NCBI GenBank assembly: GCA_964247055.1
Contig: OZ176053.1
Coordinates: 9,424,001 to 9,488,000, forward strand
Direction of reading: 5' to 3'
DNA: 64,000 nucleotides
DNA from: Paragordius varius
Lineage: Eukaryota; Animalia; Nematomorpha
Shown here in pieces: positions 1 to 17,568 of this stretch (positions are counted from its first letter, which is position 1; the number at the start of each line of letters is the position of its first letter). The translations under genes and the position numbers were made by a program. The notes under the pieces are model-generated. The model saw only the letters and a list, made by a program, of their open reading frames with translations, was not told the origin of the DNA and ran no database searches.

Positions 1-674
1 TAAATTCATTAATTTTTGCTGAATAATTGCAATAATAATCCAATAATACTTTAGCTTAAACAATATCCAATTAAGATATTATTTTTTATGTATACACAAT
101 TATACAGCGCACAATCATTAATGACTTATTCTTTAAAATATATTTTATGGAATTTGGGTATTTATAAGAAATGTTTAATAATTTTTTGTTTTAACGATGG
201 TGCGCATCAATATTTAGGGCTAAGATGTGTAAAGTTTGTCTAAATAAATCCTGTCGGAAAAGAATAATTAAATAAAAAATATTTTTTAGAAGAAAATAAA
301 AAGCATTTGACTAAAAGATAAATAATTATATAAATTAGTGCAAATGAAAACCCAATTTGAAGTGTTCAATGACCGATTTGAGATGAGTAAGATTTTTTAA
401 TTTAATATTAAGTTATATATTTTATGGGTTAGCCCCGATTTATAAACGCGAACCATTGATTGGATAAAAAAAGGTTATTAAATATTTTCTTAAATATCTC
501 AAAAAATATACAATGCACATCCAGCTAATAAAATACTTGTAAAGAATAAGTCATTAATATTTATCCATTGGCATATAATAAAAATATATTTAATAATTGT
601 GTTTTCTAAAAAATAATATCCTAATTAGTGTGCTCTTAATGATTAAAAGTTATTTTTATATTTTTGATAGTTAT

Positions 675-1673
675 CAGGGCTTGGACCCGAAACCGCATGG
701 AACCGGAACCCGGTTCCAGGGATTTTGGCAAGAATCGATTCCATGTGGATGGAACGAACGCGCTTTCGGTTCCAATTCCCCAGGAACCAGCCTTGTACCG
801 ATTCCAAAATTTCAGGAACCACCCCGGTTTTATCTATAAATTTTTCTGAACCAACCGGGTTCCGGTTCCAACCGTTCAGGAACCAACCCGGTTCCGATTC
901 GACCCCCTTAATTACTGGTTCTCATATGATTTTTATTATAAAATTTTTTATTATTATTTAAATTTGAGTGTACCACTACATATTACATACATCAAATTTC
1001 AAACCTACAACTAAGCGCCTATTTATTTTAGGCGTACTCTCTGAATTTTGGGTGATTCGGCCTTCTAAAAAACTAAAAGTCAAAACTTAAGATTTTTTAT
1101 TATATACATGTTCGTATATATGGGTCTCCGTTGAAAGGTTTTTTTAACCCTTAATTTATTTTCAGATTTGAGAAACAGTTTGACCAGCGAATCGCTTGGT
1201 CCAATAATTTTTTAAAGATAAATTTTTTTGATGTCCTTAATTTAATACTCATTATATACCTTTGTACTTATAGATTTTTGTATTATATTTTTAAAATTTG
1301 TTTCATTTATGATGCTACATTATATTTATTTAACTATACATTTAGCAATTTATAATAAATTGTTTGATTTATAATTATCAGTATTTGGTTATATTTTTAT
1401 TATAATAATTTTGTAAGAAAATTTAATCAAAAGTCAGAAACCGAAAATGGAACCGGTTCTAAATGTCAAGAACCGGCTCCGGAACCGCTAAATTTTTAAG
1501 GAACCAACGCGGTTCTGGTTCCACATGTTCAGGAATCACCCTGGTTTCGGTTCCAAAGTTTCAAGAGCCGCCCGGTTCTTTTTTTAAAATTCTGAGAACC
1601 AAAGCGGATCCGGTTCCGCTTGTTAAGGAACCCCGGTTCCGGTTCCACTTTTTGTAACCGGTTTCAAGCCCTG
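675..1673. mobile_element. Non-autonomous hAT-type DNA transposon (999 bp) with GGAACC/GGTTCC subterminal arrays
   Basis: TIR CAGGGCTTG (675-683) / CAAGCCCTG (1665-1673); flanking 8-mers ATAGTTAT (667-674) and ATATTTAT (1674-1681) match 7/8, as expected for a hAT TSD. Dense GGAACC/GGTTCC repeats at ~690-900 and ~1440-1660. The short ORFs listed here are repeat shadows. Confidence 0.85.
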
Positions 1674-2875
1674 ATATTTATCATCAAAAAGAAGTCGTTT
1701 GACTTAGAAAATGTTTTTATTGAGTGGGGAAACGTTTTATTGACTGGGAAAACGTTTTTTCTGTCAGGGAATCGGTATATATATATTAATATAATGGTAA
1801 TTTTTTTTAAAAAAACAAAATTTAAAAATGACTGTTTGAAATGACATAATTGAAATGATATAAAAGCAATAAATAAATGTTTTAATCAAAAAACGTTCTT
1901 TTGTTATCTTATCAGTCATTGATTGCCATCTAACAAAATTTGAGCTAATTTCCTTTATTAGTTTAAACAAATGCTTTTTGCGCGTTTGTCGCTTCCAATA
2001 TACACTATCGATGTAAACATATTAGTATGTATTTTATAAAATTTTTTATTAATCTTTCGAATGATATATTGCAAATGGGCATTTGTTGTATATTTTCAGA
2101 GAAAAATATTTTTAGTAAAATTTTGATAAAGAGGGCTAAACTCTAATTATACAAAATTCTTAGGTGGAATTATAACTTTTATTTCAGATTTAGTGTTAAA
2201 ATGATAGTAAATATCAGAAAATGCAAAAAACTCGAGTGTCAGAATTTTTTGTCTTGTGTTATTAAGGACCGTATCATGTTGAAGATTATTATGATAAAAA
2301 TATAATACCCACTTCATGACATTTTGAAGTATTTTATACCCTAGGGCCATTAAAAATTAAATTTTTTTAGCTTTGGACCAAATTAGAAAATATGCTATAC
2401 CCTTTAGGCGCATGATACAAATTATATTTTAAAAAATGTAAAATTGTAAAATCCTCTTCTCAAACTTTTTCACCTCTATTTTTTTTCATATTTTTTTAAA
2501 TCATGAATACGGCGAGTGAATTACTCTATAATATGATTAATATAAATTAACTTTAGAAAGCTTTCGAAGTATTTACCAATTTTTTAATATTTAGTGATTT
2601 TAATATCAGCTGTTCGTAATATGGTGTGGAGCTATTGGGACTCTAGAAATTAAAAAAACTGCATGTTTTTTAACTAATATAAGAGAAAAAGTTTTGATAA
2701 ATATATTTTAACCAAATCAACTTTCAAAACATTTCGCTTATATAAGCTTTAGGGTCGAAAACTGCCCAATATGTTATCGCGGACAAATAAAAAATAAAAT
2801 GAAGTGTTAACTTAAATTTGAAAAAAAATGTTTTGAAAATTCCAAGGTAAATGTATACAGAAAAAGAGAGAACAT

Positions 2876-3381
2876 CACTTCGATTCAAATTGAGGCACAT
2901 AGGGACCCCAGCCTATATAGATGATATTATTTAAAAACTACTGAAAGAGACGGTTCTTATATAAATTAATGCTTCTATAGAATAAAATTAAAAGCCAAAA
3001 TATCTAAATAAAATCAGTTTTTTGAAACAATCTCCATGAAACAACTTCGACGCCATTTTCATTTTGCAAATTTTCATCAAAATATCATTTTTTTATCTTA
3101 ACGTTAAAATTAAAGGTATTTAATTATCACATCAAAAATTATAAACAGAATTGATATTTTGCATTGTTTTTATAATGTGCCAATGCACACATGTTGGCTG
3201 AATATTTACCTTTAAGTTTATTTATATAATAAGTATTATATATTTTTGAATGGTTTTTTAATGAAGCATTGAATTTTTGAAAAGTGCAATCTTTTGCAAT
3301 GCTTTCAATTTGTTTTATGTTTTTATAACTATTCGATTATAAACAGGCGTCGGGTATCCCCAAAGACCCCAATTTGAATCG
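2876..3381. mobile_element. ~500-bp MITE, copy 1 (TIR cttcgattcaaattgggg family)
   Basis: Ends cacttcgattcaaattga / ccccaatttgaatcg. Internal motifs such as acttcgacgccatttt recur inverted in the copy at 54968-55508. Confidence 0.7.
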
Positions 3382-4057
3382 GAATAATAACTAAAATTGT
3401 AAAAAAATCCAATCATTTTTCGTCGCCATTTGTTCTAAGTGAACAAAACGGGAAATAAATGAATATTATGTTGAAAAATATAAGCAATGAACCTTTAAAA
3501 GCCTTTTAATATTCAATATGTCAGCATTTAGATCTTATTGATTTTAATATCAGCTGTTCGTTTCAATCGTGTAGCTATATCGATTCGGGGTCTAGAAGTA
3601 AAAAAACTGTTATTCGTTATTTATCTAATACAGGAAATATGGTTTTGATGATAAAATATTAGCTATCCATTACATTTTTATTTTTTGGGAATGAAATTTT
3701 GCAATAATTTTCCACCCGGGTAAAGTAGTAAACAAAACATTTTAAAAGTTGTTTTAAAATTAAAATATCAAACAAAACTCTTCTCCGGTATTAGCGAAAA
3801 TAGAATCTTTATACTAGCTTCCAGCATCCCTTCAGATAGCTCCAATAGTCCAAACGAACACCTGATATTAAAATCAATATAACCAAATTTGCTGATAAAG
3901 TGTAATTTAAGAGCTTTCCAAACTTACATATTCATATTTTTTTAGCCACAATATAAATTTATAAGTCTTGTATTAACGATTTAGAAAAAATAAGGAAAAA
4001 AGTTTGAGTAGGATTTTTTTGCAATTTTACTTATATCATAATTTTGTATCATGCGAA

Positions 4058-4732
4058 TAGGGTGCATTTGACTACTTTTTCAAAAAAGTCCGGGCAGACC
4101 CAGTCAGACCATGGTCATGACCACTTTTTACCTAAATTAATATCATGCGATATTGAATTGTGAAAATGATGTTCGAACTACACTTGCGTTTCACTAAAAT
4201 AATGTCATCTTTTCTTTAAAGTTAGTTAGTATTATACGTTTTTTTGATATTTATTATTTAATTTTGTTTTCAAATAAATTTTGCACACGTTTGTAGCTAT
4301 CTGAATCTTCAAATACATAGATTTTAATACAGGATATTTCAAACGAAATTTACCTAGTTTGTTCATTTTCTTTCATCATTGTACTATCCAATTATAGGAT
4401 GTTTTTTTATTTTATTGGTCACATATATGACAATAATTGCATATTTTGCAAAGTGCTTGATTGTTTTGTTTTTCGAAATAACTGGATATGCCTAAATGCT
4501 AATGTTATAAGGATGCATGTTTAACAATTTTAATATATAGTTAATTAAGCATTTTTAAATATTTAATTTATATTTTTTAAATATAAAAACAATAAAACTT
4601 ACTATCTTTTTTTAAAAAAATTTACCAGCAATTTTTCAAATAAACAGCTGTTTTTTAAATGACTATGGTCAAAAAATAAATGGTCAATGACCTAGTCATG
4701 GACCGGGTCATGACGTGGTCAGCACAACCCTA
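4058..4732. mobile_element. Non-autonomous hAT-type element (675 bp)
   Basis: Ends TAGGGT / ACCCTA; 8-bp flanks CATGCGAA (4050-4057) and CATGCGAC (4733-4740) match 7/8; subterminal GGTCATGACC-like repeats at both ends. Removing it restores the right arm of the 2401-4746 element. Confidence 0.8.
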
Positions 4733-6503
4733 CATGCGACTAAAAGCCTAAACAAAGCTTTTATATATAAAATATTTTTTACGATATTTAAATTTTAAAT
4801 GGTTCTAAATTGAAACTATCCCTAAAAGATCATGGTGCATAAACCAACACAAGTTAAAAGATTTATTGCCTATCTTCAACTATTTGCGTTAATTTTACGG
4901 ATAGGTATAATAACAAATTTTTAAAGCTGAATTAAGGGACCACATTAATATTGAACGAAATTGTTTTTTTACACTTCTTGACCTTTTGAGGTAGTATTCC
5001 AGAGCGATTTAAAATTTGATCTCCTAAAAAGTTTTTAAGGTATAGGTGGAATTTAAAAATATGCTTTCTTTACCTTTTAGGCTACACCATTTTTTTAAAA
5101 ATGTCAAATTGTAAAATAATCCTCATCTCAAACTTTTTCGCCACCATTTTTTCCTTTATTTTTTTAATTTGCTAATAAAATAGATAAATAAATGAATATT
5201 GTTAAAAATGCAAATAATTATTAACAAGCTTTCAGGTTGCATTTAATCAGCAACTTGCTGTTTATTGATCTCAAAATCCGCTATTTAGTTCAATTGCTTT
5301 TCGAAGCTGTCCCAATATTAGATTATAGAAGTTACAAAACTGTAAATATAAGTTTTTTATCTAATACAGGAGACCAATATTTGATAATTAAACAAACACA
5401 TTTTTTTAATTGGATAGTTGAATTTTACAAAGCTTTTTAAAATAAAATATGTTAAAAACACTTTTAGTATTAAGCCAAATTTAAAACAGGCCTCCCTTAG
5501 CTATATAAGCGCATGAGTTTTTTGAAAAATGTAAAATTGTAGAAAAATCTTCATCTCAAACTTTTTCGCTTTTTTTGAATTCTTTTAATTCCTAACATGA
5601 CAGGCAAATAAATTTATATTATGCTTAAAAATGTTAATAATTAACTTTTTGAAGCTTTAAAATGAATCTATTAGTAACTTTTTGATATATATATATATTA
5701 TCAGCTGTTTGCTTCAATCGTATTTTGGAGGCGAATTCCTGATTATAGAACTTAAATTAAATTTAATTAAACAAAAAAGTAAGGAAACTCAAAACATCGT
5801 GTATAAAAATTTCAAAATGTAAAGAGGTGAATCGGTTTACTAGAGCTGATAAAAACCTGCTAATCTGTACCAATAATCGTGATAATTCCATGAAAAAAGT
5901 ACCACCCATATATCTATTTATTCAGTGCAACCGCTTATGCTATTATGGATATATCAAAAGCATAAATTCTGAGAATTGGATGCGTAAATTTCATTTAAAC
6001 ATATCAGGCAAAAACAGAAAAGGATACCCAAAATATATTTAATTGCCCAAGATATATCACACTTCAATATTCAGGACATACAAGCTTTTAAAAAAACATT
6101 GTTCAGGAAGCTGGTGGATGATAATTTTAAAAACCCTAAACGGATGCATTTATGGATTCAAAGATCTGTTTTGGGAATGAGAATATCAGTTTTGATTCAT
6201 GATAATTTATTAGTGCCATTATACTACAATATGTCGGGTTTTAAGAATCTGGCACACATGGTCATAAATGAACTTCTATAGGATATATTTCATCAAACAG
6301 CATTTATTAATATTTTTTATATTAAGTATATTTTATTTATGAATGAATTACATGAAGCTTAATTTTGCACGCATATTTAATTACAGCTTGATGTAAATTG
6401 CACACGAAAAATTAAAATTGATTAAATCAATAATATATATGGAGATGAAAATTATGTCAAAAAATAAGTAAATTAATTAATTTCCATATCACAAAATTTG
6501 ACT

Positions 6504-10975
<4,472 letters not shown>

Positions 10976-11073
10976 GTTAGGTGGAAAATAATTGGAAGGG
11001 CAAAAAGGACAATCAGATGTTGTTTAGCAACTAAGAAATAAATATGAGTTAAATACAAACCGGCAAATTTGAA
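10976..11073. promoter_or_regulatory. Compact bidirectional promoter/5'UTR region shared by PGK and RAD54
   Basis: 98 nt between divergent ATGs (10975 minus, 11074 plus). Contains an E2F-like TTTGCCGG (minus, 11060-11067) next to a CHR-like TTTGAA (11068-11073); these motif calls are weak in such AT-rich DNA. Confidence 0.7.
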
Positions 11074-14060
11074 ATGGTAAATTTTTTAATAATTAATTTT
11101 AGAAAAGAAGTCACGCTCCTAGTATATTAGCAAAAAGCCCCTATTCACCAATGAATACAGTAAATTACCTTTTATTTTTAGATTTCACCCCAATTATCTG
11201 GAGTAAAATTTATAAGCTATAAATCTCCCCTGACGAACGTAACAAATAAGTTTTTTCCTCCAAAAGCTCATAAATCTGCTGAATACACTGTTAAAATTTC
11301 AAAAAAATCAGATGAATGTTATTCTCCCATAACTACCCTTCAAAAACCATTTCAAATCCCAATGTCCAATTTTAATGGTATGCTAGTTTTTTGTCTTATA
11401 TTTAATATGTATTTCAAGATGATTTCTGTATTTACATTTAGGTACTCCCCGATTTAGTATGTTAGGCATACGTAGAGACGCATCAAAGACATGTTTGTAT
11501 GATCATAATCAAGATGATGCATTAATTCTGTTTAGTCCCCCCGAAATTTCCCAAAATAACAAAATAAAATTTGAAAAGTTCACTTTGCTATTAATTTTTT
11601 TCTTAATTAATTTAATATTTTATTTTCTATAACACTAAAATTTTTTTGATTTTCTCCTATATTTTGTTAGTGTCGATATCAGCATATTATCCAACTATAA
11701 ATATCTTTTGAATTGTTAAAAAAATAGTTCCAATACTTTACCAGTACACGTTGTAGTTGATCCGCTAATGTCCAAAGTCCTACGCCCTCATCAAAGGGAA
11801 GGCGTTAAATTTATGTGGGATCGAATGACACAATATGAAACAAATTTAATTAATGAAACAATGAATTGCATTGAAAAGGATAATACAACTAACACTAATG
11901 ATCTCAAGATGGATATAATTACAAAGTAATTGCATATACTTTATCTGAAAACCAATTATTAATATTTTTCCGGTTTATATTGATTTTGCTTGTGATTCCC
12001 TTTTTTTGGTTTGCATTTTGAAATTTCAAATTTACAGATGCGCTAACATTTTCGTTATGCTGTGAATAATAAATATATGCATATAACCATTAATTTATTG
12101 GACACTTTATTTCCTTCAAATCTAAAATATTTTCGAATAAAATTTACATGTAAAATGGGTAGCAGAAAATTGAAATAACAAATCAACTTTATCAGTTTTT
12201 TGGTTTCAAAAGTGTTCCAAAAAAGCTAATTAAATATTTTTTTAATAATAAATGAAAAGTTCAAAATGTGACGAACAAACTGCAAACAAATTTTATGGAT
12301 GTATTATGGCCGATGATATGGGTTTGGGAAAAACATTGCAATGTGTAACACTTGTGTGGACAATGTTGACTCAAAACCCGCTTCCCTATGAACGCAGTGT
12401 GGTTGATCTCGTTATTATAGTTACACCGAGTAGTTTGGTTAAAGTAATTTTTAAAAATCAATAATTTTTTGAAATTATGATTGTGTAGCGCACCAATTTT
12501 GGTGTAATAGAAATACTTTTTTTAAGAATATGATCGGCTGTATAGTAAGTTTTGTATAAATTTGATGCATTGGCTAATAATGGTCTTAAGTAAGGATTGG
12601 GTTATATATGATAGTTATATGACTGATTATGAATGCAGTAATTTATAATCATAACTAGTTAATAATAATTAAATCGGAAATATAATTCCTCCCACTCCAA
12701 AAAACCACTTCCCCCCTCTCCAAAAAACGGTTTAAACAATGTGAAATTTTTAACCATTTAAAGCTCCACCCTTGAATAATTATTCATTCTGAACATTTCA
12801 ATTACCCGTTAAATAAAGTTATGTATATTTCAATATCAAAATTTACCTATATTTTTAAAATATAAAATTTCCTTAAAATTAACATAATACAGAAAAAATA
12901 TAAACTAAGCCATATAAAAAATATTTCATATAAGTTATATTAGCCCAAAAACACATAATTAGGGTAAATTTGAATCGTTCAGGGGTGGCTTATATTTTAT
13001 ATATATGCATTCCATTTATTTATAAAAGTAATCATAGTCACTGGCATGAAACATTTACTGGACAATCATAGCTTTTAGTAATTGTTTAATGTAATTTTTA
13101 TATTTTCATGTCTAATTTTGTTCGCCTGAACCATGTTAAACAAAATGTTTATTCATAACTTTTAATTCAAATATTATAGAATTGGCAAAAAGAATTTTCC
13201 AAATGGCTGGGGGATCGAATAAAAGTTTTGGTGGCTGAAGGTACGCGTGAAAAAATTGAAAAAGAACTTAGATTTTTTGTGGCGCAACAACAGATTCCGG
13301 TCAGCATATTATATTTAAACTAATTAACCACCTTTAAAAAAGTTAAATTTAAAAATGCAATAACTAGAATTGGTCATGAATTGGGAAAAACATTTTTTGT
13401 GTGCTAAAAAATCTGCCCAATTTTTATATAAATATGGAAAAAAATGGCAAAATTTTGAAAGGCGTTTATAACACGTCATCTAATTTGTGCGAAAAAAATT
13501 AAAAATCATTTTTGCCAATTTCGCATTAATCGAATCGAAAAAAATATAATTTTTACCAGAATTAATCTGACGATTATAGTAATGTTAAATTGTACAAACG
13601 AGTTGAAAACTTTCATCATTATTTATACTCATATTTATTAACTTACATCAATTTCTGATACATTTCATAATTTAACCTTTAGTTTAAAGTCAAACAAATC
13701 GGAAACTTAAATAGTAATAGCTGTAAATCTACCACCATGCGTATGATTAACCGAAAAATAGCTAGTTATCCCGTTTTAGTTATATCGTATGAAACTTTTA
13801 GAATTCATTCGGAAATATTTTCAGCTTCCTTCAATACAAATCACACAAAAGTTTTGGACGATCAAAAAAATGATATAAATGCTGAAAACAAAGGTACGTT
13901 ATAATTCAATTATCAATCGAATATATGTTTTTAAACAAATTTGGATTGATTTTTGATTCTATTGTGTCGAATATTTGATAATGAATGCCCATGGAATCTT
14001 TAAAAGTTGGTATTCATATTGATGTTACTCAAAACAAATAGGCCGCAAATTTATATATAT

Positions 14061-14094
<34 letters not shown>

Positions 14095-17000
14095 CTCATA
14101 ATATATTATTATCTCATATTAACCCTTTATATTTTTTGTATCACTTTAACATATTTATCATTTAGAAAACACAAACAACACTTTATCCAAAACCAATAAC
14201 ATATTTTCCGTATCTAGCAACAAAATTAATGTCGAAGAATTAGGATTACGTCGATTGCTTATATGCGATGAAGGTATAATAAATCAACCCAAATTCATAA
14301 ATTTTATTAAATAATATTTGAAAATGGTATTATTATTTAAGTTTGTATTTACTATATATTTAGGTCATCGACTAAAGAATTGTGAAAATCAAACATATAA
14401 AGCGCTGGACGCATGTAATGCCAAGAGACGTATTTTATTATCTGGGACTCCCATTCAAAATGATTTACTTGAATACTTTAGCCTTATACACTTTGTGGAT
14501 TCTGGACTCTTAGGTCTATTATAAGCTATTCTACCTAATATTTATTTACGCTTAATAAAATTAGGACTGTTTTTGTCTTGCGTTTCATATTTATCACGAA
14601 TTTAATATTATTTGTTTGAAAAAAATTAGTGTTAGTTCCATTAATGGTTATGATTTTATTTTTTAGACATCTAGTCAATCTAAAATTTGTATAAAAATAA
14701 ATAGCCTCAAAATATAAAACTAACCAAAAAAGTTTTTATATGCTATTTTCCTCTAAAAAAGATAAACATAATTTATCATTCATATCAAATATATTGAAAA
14801 AATAAAAGGTTTAATTATTATTTGAAAGCGGTTCCAATTGGTTATATAACTGTTTTTTGGTTATAAAACGAAAAAAATAGTAAATGGTTTGAATTCATAA
14901 TGGGGTATAATGCCTTATATTTACCATTTTTTTGTTAAAGGTTGCAAATTAATTGCAAATCAAAGTATGTGAATCAATCAAAAAGCTAATATTTCAAGTT
15001 TTGAAAAAGGGTTAACGAAAAAGTTCGAAATATAAAATATCCTTATATTTTTATACATTTTCCAAAATAATAAGGCGGAATCACTTGGTTTTAAAATAAT
15101 ATCCATAGTTGCTATTAATGCCATTTTGTTTATAGGGTCAGCTTTGGAGTTTAAGAAACGATTTGAAAATCCAATTCTCAAGGGCCGTGATGCTTATGCC
15201 ACATCTGCGGAAAGAGAAAAAAGTGCACAAAAACTGCAAGAAATGCTTGAAATTGTTAATCAATGTATTATTAGGCGAACATCTGCCTTGCTAACTAAAT
15301 ATCTACCTCTTAAAGGTTTAATGTTGTAAATCAAGTTTTGCCTATAATAGTTGATTTTATTTATGCATTGTACTAATGTATGGCTATTATATAGTGAAAA
15401 AGTAAAAATATTTGGGTATGAATCGTACATTATCTGTTAAATAAAGTTTTTATTATTTTGTTGTTACGTATATCATAAATATATTTTTTGACCATCTACT
15501 TTTAAACTTTATCTAAACGAATAAATTACCAGTATATTAATTGATTAAATGACACATTTCTTAGTTGAAATGGTTGTGTGCTGTCAAATGAGCTCTCTGC
15601 AAAAAGTCCTTTACCAAAAAATAATCTCGAATGCCAAACAAAACAACTCTTCCGCCAATCTTAAAATGTCAACCACTGTATTGGCCACCATAACATTGTT
15701 AAAGAAATTGTGCAATCGTATGATTATATTATACTTTTAGATTCTTAATAAAGTACAAAATTATGGTCTATAGTCGCTGCGTTTGTTCTTTTCATATAAA
15801 ATCGTATTATATAGCTCTAGTAGGAATTTACTTTGTATTTTAGATAATTCAATTATTTTGTTGGACTCTTTTGATTTATATCATATATTAATTATAATTA
15901 GTAGCAAAATTATGTTTTTAAATTAATATTGAGAATGTTATTTTTATGTTTGGACAATTATGGTTTAAAATTTTTTTTATATGTTTTATTTGGTTAAAAA
16001 TATTACTTAACTCACTAATCTTGATTTTTCATATTTTTATCAAAATTAATGCATCTTATCAAATTAATGCGAATTTTTTCGGTTGCAAATAGCAAAAATT
16101 ATTAAATATTTTTTAAAAGTTTTATTAATTGTTACTTAGATCCAGAACTCATTTACGATAAATGTATTAAGGGTGAAGACGACGTCTTACAAGGGTGCGC
16201 TAAACTATATCCATCTGGATTTTCTAATCAACATTTTTCTCCAGATCTCTCGGGTGAAATTATAGTTTTTACAAGACATTTACAAATAATATTTAGTAAG
16301 AAAAAATATGGGCCATTTGTACTTAACATTTATTTTTTGGTTATTTTTTATAATAGGTAAAACGGCTTTATTGGATAGACTTTTACAACGCATTAAAAGC
16401 ACAACACCCGATAAGGTTGTCCTAGTTTCCAATTATACACAAACGCTCGATATGTTTGAGAAATTATGTAGATTGCGTGGGTAAATACTTTAATTTATGA
16501 TTCAGATTCTTAAAAAGTATAGGTCTTAAGGTTTTTTATTACTCTATTTTCTTATTCATAAAACACACTTCATCACATATTTTTTAATAAAATGTAACAT
16601 TTATTCCTCTAAAGACAATATTGTTACAGCAACATTATTACTTTCTAAAATGCAGCATTTTAAGATTATTTGCATAAAAAATTTAGTTTTAAATGGAGGA
16701 AATGTATCTGAACGAAAAAAAATGTTTGGTATCATTTTAATAATATTTTAAATTATTGAAATTTCATATAAACACTCACAAAAAGTGGGCCAATGGATAT
16801 AAATAAAACTTTAGTTTCATCCTATATATGTTTTTAGTTATAGCTTTGTAAGATTAGACGGTACTTGTACCATACAAAAACGGGCTAAAATGGTAGAAAC
16901 ATTTAACGATAAAGGTGCCGGAAACATTAAAAATACGGATGAACATAAGCCAAAACTAAGTTATGCGGAAAAGAAAAAACTGATTATGAAAGATCGAATA

Positions 17001-17522
17001 AACATGGCAAAAGTTAATATGTTTAAAGAATTTAATGATAATAATTTTGTCCCTGATATTGTATGTCAAAAAATTGCTTATTCACCACATTTTTCTATGC
17101 ACAAAACCTTTTTTATGACTGTTCCACCATTTTTTTGTAATTTTTTTGCTATATAGAATTGATTTCACACCTAAAATACTGAGTAATCATATATTATTTT
17201 GCCTCTTTTAATTTTCGAAAATCGCTTACTTATCATAAAGCTTTATACCATTATTTCTTGATACAATACATAGAAACGTCGCAATAGAAGCTCTAAAGAT
17301 GGAAATGAGTCTTCAGATAATCAAAGCTTATCAGATTCTTCCTCAGATCATGATTATACTTTGCCAAATGATGTAAATGCAAAACGCCGATCATTACCCA
17401 ATAATAGAAATTTAAACAGTTCAAATTATAACTCAAATACCGTTACCAATAATGCTGTAAAAAATGCATTAAGTAGCATGGATAATAAAGTAAAGAATAA
17501 AATAATAAAGATAAATGTAGAT

Positions 17523-17568
<46 letters not shown>

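Larger units (their letters stand above)
2401..4746. mobile_element. Palindromic MITE-like host element carrying nested insertions
   Basis: Left arm 2401-~2640 (cctttaggcgcatgatacaaa...aaactttttc...gattttaatatcagctgttcg) is the inverse of ~3830-4057 plus 4733-4746. Partial copies of the same family at ~3400-3600, ~5075-5350, ~5495-5760, ~47100-47280 and inverted at ~58430-58710. Confidence 0.65.

Noticed and set aside
597-1844. Five short ORFs rich in P/G/F/R
   Set aside because: Translation shadows of the GGAACC arrays in the hAT element; they also resemble no CRISPR array (no constant repeat-spacer period).
5984-6007. Possible 24-nt micro-intron gtaaatttcatttaaacatatcag
   Set aside because: It is a multiple of 3 and does not repair the frameshift; no conserved protein supports it.
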